Part shown: positions 54,600 to 64,000 of the stretch, piece after piece
Numbering within the stretch: position 1 is the first letter of the stretch
Layout of the letters: each line of letters starts with the position of its first letter
Source: Blastocystis sp. Blastoise
Taxonomy: Eukaryota > Protista > Bigyra: Opalinata
DNA: 64,000 nt
Direction of reading: 5' to 3'
NCBI GenBank assembly: GCA_039096225.1
Contig: JBBPEB010000019.1
Span: forward strand, 1-64,000
Made by a program: the position numbers and the translations under genes
Notes under the pieces: model-generated
Told to the model about the DNA's origin: nothing
Seen by the model: the letters and a program-made list of their open reading frames with translations, nothing else
The model's database searches: none

Positions 54600-56545
54600 T
54601 TCTTCTTCTTCTTGTATTTCTCCGTATATTTCTAATTCTTCGACTTTAAAGAAATTAGATTCTCCCATTCCAGCACTATTCACAAATAATCGATTTGAAA
54701 CAGTAGTTGTATTGTCATAGGCTCCATCCCCGCGGAAATCCGTACACCCACCACGTTCACGATTACAATGATTATATAAAGCTAAATCTGTCACACGGTA
54801 ATTTCCAAAAATAGGGAGTGATGAAGGTGACATTTCCACGGTTAATTCTCCTTCATTAGGAAAAAATCGAGAAGGAGGAATATCGTGTGGATTTTTTAGT
54901 GTAAATATATATGCATCTGGATCTCTTACTACATTTACATCTATATATATAGAATTATATTATGATATATAGAGTAATATAATGATTTATAGAGTAATAT
55001 TATAATATATAGAATTATATTATGATTTATAGAGTAATATTATGTATATAGAATTATATTATGATATATAGAATTATATTATGATATATAGATTATATTA
55101 AGAAATATAGAATTATATATATAGGATATACAAGAAGTCCAAGATACTTTCGTGAACCCTCCAAAGATACATTCTTTGTTTCTAGTAATAGTTCTGACAA
55201 TAGTGAAAGTAGACCCTTTCTGATCGCAATACTTATGAAAGGCATTCGCATCAAAGTCATAGCGTGAGCCTCTAGGGATATATTAAGATTAAACTGAATT
55301 TATATATAATGAATAATGCAATTATAGAAAGAGAATAAAGAGAATAATGAAATAATAATAAAGATATTAAAATATAATAAAATATAATAATAAAGAGAAT
55401 AATGAAAATAATAATAAAGATATTAAAATATAATAAAACATAATAATAATAAAGAGAATAATGAAAAACATAATAAAGATAATAAAATATAAACATTAAA
55501 TAAACATATAAACATTATAATAAACATATAAACTAATAGCATACCTAAAGAGAAGAGTATATTTCTTGTCGGTTCCTGCCCATTCAGAGAGTATATCTGC
55601 CCATTCTTCTTTTAATATATGACTATATGGAAATATCGGATGATTATATTCACAAATCTTCCAAATAAACTCATTATCCATTTTTACATTTTTAAAGTCT
55701 CGACGAATCAATTGTAACGCCGCACGATCCTCATCTGATAACTCAATAGAGCCAGTCTCCAAATAAGAATATATATATTTAAAATAAGGAAGATGTTTGT
55801 CACATAGAATTGAAGAATTCTGAAAATCATATTGTAAACGCCCACTTGGAGGATCATCAAAATAACTATTTTTTATTCCTTGTCTCTCTAAACATTTTCG
55901 ATGAATCTGATAACGACTTCCATTCACAGTAATACTAAATGACTCAGCATTCCAACGACTACTGATTAATTCTCTTAGATGATAAGGATATAAACACATT
56001 GGCATAGGAAGACTCAAATAGAGAAAATCATCATGTAACTGATACTTGATTTCACGATCAAAAACACTCAAATCAACTTGTACTTTTTCTATATAATCTT
56101 TTGTTATAGGAAACACTTGATCACTATGATCCACATAAATAAATCCTTCACTTGTATAATTATCAGGATTATTAGCCAATTGAGTTAATAAACAATTAGG
56201 ATAATGTTTTAAAATAGACTTCCTTATTGTATATTGATTCTCACTTTGAAATATGAACGTTACTGTATCTTCATCTGGAGATAATTGTTGAGGCATAGGT
56301 GAAAAGTCATGAAGCTCATGATCTACTAACTTTTGGAAACAATCTTCAATTTCCATATGAATATTCATCAAAGCATTCATCACAATCCTTGAAGCAGTTG
56401 GAAAATCTAAATAACTATTTTCTAAGTGTGATTTCAACCGTGTTTTTAATTCATCGGTTGTTCCAAGTAATTTATCAATATTATCATCAATAAAATCATT
56501 TAATTCATGTGTAGTTTTCACTTGAAGAGTAGTTTGTTCTTCCAT
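54597..56545 (-). CDS. BTB/POZ x2 + TLDc domain protein, paralogue of 43207-45204, 3 exons
   Basis: ILKHYPNCLL..IYVDHS..FPITKDYI; LLFR|GSRYD..FHKYCD..FGGFTKVSW..AYIFTL..PIFG..EELEIY; same two intron positions as the paralogue. Confidence 0.85.
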
Positions 56546-57156
56546 TTTATCAATCTAATTCCTAAATAGAATAGTATCAATATAAATGAAGCATAAATAC
56601 GTTCTAGATGATGAGTATTTATAGTTTCTAAACTATTTAATATATTATCTTTTATGGTTGATGTAAAAAATTCAAATGAACACAACTAATGTGGATCTTT
56701 GGAACTTTTCATAACGCCGAAGTCTCCCATGTAAAATCGATTATTTTACCCATAAGATTTTATTCACTTTTTCTTAAATATGACACTGCTTTTCTTTTAA
56801 TCATTCATATTAACTCTTTGTCTACATTTGGAAGAATTTAACTGCGTGATCAAGAGTATATTATCTGATTATTGAAAGAGAAATCTTGAATGCTATGATG
56901 TAATTGGGGAATTCTCTTTTTCAAACCCAAAGAACACAAATATATATTTATTAATGATTTTCATATTTGCGAGTAAATGAATTAATTCAATAGTAATACA
57001 ATCTATGTATAATTGATCATGGTTTATCAATTGTCTTTTAAATTAATACTTTTTTTAGAATGAATAGTCATGTATGTACACAGTTATAGTAACGAATAGA
57101 ATGAAAAGAAATATTATCAACCATATAGTTAAGAAATACAAATAATAAAAAGAAGT

Positions 57157-57230
57157 AGCTCACAGCGGGACTTGAACCCACAATCTCCTGCTCCGTAGGC
57201 AGATGCCTTATCCAATTGGGCCATGCGAGC
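57157..57230 (-). tRNA. tRNA-Arg(ACG)
   Basis: GCTCGCA/TGTGAGC acceptor, TCTGC-CT-ACG-GA-GCAGG, GTGGGTTCAAGTCCCGC. Confidence 0.96.
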
Positions 57231-57422
57231 TTGTAGTCTTTTTCTTAGATATATACTTGAATGAATATGCCAAAGGTACATATATGTTTTTCTATTTGTT
57301 GTAAGTAGATGATTATTATTTATTTTTCTTTATATATTTCTTATAAAAGTCAAAAAAATATTTGGTTATTATCATTAAGCAAAACTACGTAATAATAGAT
57401 ATATATTAATAATTATACTTGA

Positions 57423-62089
<4,667 letters not shown>

Positions 62090-63935
62090 TCTGATTTATT
62101 TTAATATATTGATTTGTACGAATTAGAAACTAATGAAGATAAATGAATAAATAGTATAAAAAACTACTTTGATGTAAACGCGCCAATTTTTTTTTGTTTT
62201 GGTGGTATTTCATTTTCCTTTTTTTCTGAATTTCATTAATGCAACAATGAATGTGATTTAATGCAAAGGAAGAGAAAATGATTGCTTAATATAAATATCT
62301 GTTTTTTGGTGAATGTCCAAAACCACAATTTGATTATTTATAGTTAATAAGATGTTTTTCTATATTATCTGCATGTGTACACCAAAATAAATTATCTTTA
62401 AAGAATTAACGATAAAATATTACGTTTTTAGAATCTGAAATTGATGTCATTTTTGTAATAGAAACAAGAATAATATTTATCATTCATACTACAGACATTT
62501 TTATAAAGCAAGTTTTTCAAATTTATATGAGAATGGAAATAATCTCGTAAATATACTAATAACTATTAATATATTTACAGATATTTCACATGCCACCAAA
62601 GCATACAATCTTATAAAAACATAAATAACTTTAATTTTGATATACAATGAAAACAAGTAGTGAAATAAATCTAAGATATACTGTAAAAACACAATTTTTG
62701 CAATATAGGCATATTTTTATATTATAATAACGATTTATATATCTATTTTATGCATAAAAAAACAAATTAATGAAAATAATTATTTTAAAACTATTGAAAA
62801 ATAAAAAAAATATCATATAATGAGCATATCAGTCTTAATTAAATCATCTTTCGCATCTATCTAGGTAATAAGGTCTTTATATTTAAAAAAATACTGTTAA
62901 CAAAAACAAAACAAAAATTATTAGCATAATTTCAAAACTAAATTTTTTTTAGAGGATGAATGATAAATTTATAAATAAATCATAGTTGTTGTTCTATTTT
63001 GACATCTCGGCATTATATATAATTATTGGTTTAAAATAAATGAGAAGAATGATAATTTGATTATTTTTTTTTGTTTTTATCAGTTCTTTATTATTACAAC
63101 ATAACTCAAAAAACAATCAAGACTAAGTTACTTGTTCCGTTAGAATACCATGAAGAATCTGTTTCATCATTTAGAATGTGTCCCTCTTTGTTATATTAAA
63201 ATCAAATTGAAAATGATCATGTTCAATTCACTTTCTCTCTTATTTTTTTCATTTATGCACCAATACCAAATATTCAGAAAAACAACAGAATCACTCTATC
63301 ACTATTTCATCTCTCTTAATAAATTCATTGGTCTATCCCTATTTTATCTATAAATACTTTTTATAAAGTAATAATATAAATTATTCTAGTGTTTGTTCTA
63401 AAATATAGGGTTGAAATCTGATTTCTTTTAAATAACAGAATTACTCTATTCTTTAAGAATTGCACCATGATGACTAGTCTTCATATGTAGATATTAATGA
63501 TCAATTAGAATTCTCCTGATTGATCTTATGGAATCTTTGAAGTCAAAAGAAAAGAATCATAATTTTGAGACACAGTATTCAAATTCTCCATAAAAATTCT
63601 CTTGGGTATAAAGTAACCTGTCTAGTAGTCATTAATACCGACTAAAGACGAAACGTAAAAGTCTTCTAGGGAAGGCTGGTTATCCAGAGAAGCGATTGGC
63701 AGATCCTGCTCTGAAGTCAAAAGAAAATAATCATAATTGTTATAAAACAACTGCCTCCAGATGACTTTCATTCCCACAAAAATTATTGTTTTTTTAAGGG
63801 AGAAATTTCATCTGACTTTTTCAATCAGTTTATTGGCTATAAAAAACGAATGATGCATTCACATAGTTCTCTCCAAAGAAACTCCTTCTAAAGAAAATCA
63901 AAAATCTTTTTTTCATTAAAAATATATAAATTTCT

Positions 63936-64000
63936 ATGTTAGCTGCTACTACAAAGTTAACTTTAAAGTCTGCTGTTGCTTTAAAATCTTTTGCTACTTG
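63936..64000 (+). CDS. 5' end of a gene with a mitochondrial/MRO-type targeting peptide (truncated by window)
   Basis: MLAATTKLTLKSAVALKSFAT: ML start, K/S/A/T-rich, no acidic residues, T-ending codon bias like highly expressed genes. Confidence 0.6.
   Translation, partial: MLAATTKLTLKSAVALKSFAT

Noticed and set aside
63467-63519. C/D box snoRNA (ATGATGA...CTGA)
   Set aside because: Only 53 nt, no convincing terminal stem and no rRNA-complementary guide that I can recognise.
63597-63691. SRP RNA or hammerhead ribozyme identity for the structured element
   Set aside because: Lacks the SRP helix-8 GNRA/SRP54 motif and the hammerhead CUGANGA core.

Overview
Extremely AT-rich, gene-dense eukaryotic (protist) chromosomal DNA with many short-to-medium spliceosomal introns (GTATAT...TATAG) bloated by TA/TAT/ATTT microsatellites. 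Gene content and style suggest a Blastocystis-like anaerobic stramenopile, but that is inference only. Most short ORFs in the supplied track are intron read-through or antisense noise. By manual splicing I support about 18 protein genes: Sec1/Munc18, a 72-aa Dad4 (DASH/Dam1) missed by the ORF track, an SPFH/stomatin protein, two giant paralogous type-I surface proteins, a Wee1/Myt1-like kinase, YIPF6, a TOM1/GPR137-like membrane protein, proteasome beta2, TPI, a WD40 protein, a coiled-coil protein, a divergent sHSP pair with heat-shock elements, an atypical small GTPase, an SNX-BAR, two BTB-BTB-TLDc paralogues, an unknown membrane protein and WRNIP1/Mgs1. There is also a truncated gene with a mitochondrial-type presequence and four tRNAs (Lys-CTT, Gln-TTG, Ala-AGC, Arg-ACG). 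Best leads: (1) a modular receptor family joining bacterial-type glycan-binding/discoidin/He_PIG modules to GPCR-hormone-binding-like Cys modules with no 7TM; (2) a catalytically intact proteasome beta2 whose S1 pocket has lost its acidic residue; (3) a clear AT-AC U12 intron; (4) five junctions where the splice dinucleotide is replaced by neighbouring exon sequence; (5) BTB-BTB-TLDc genes each about 600 bp downstream of a tRNA; (6) a three-way-junction RNA-like element between 27-bp direct repeats.
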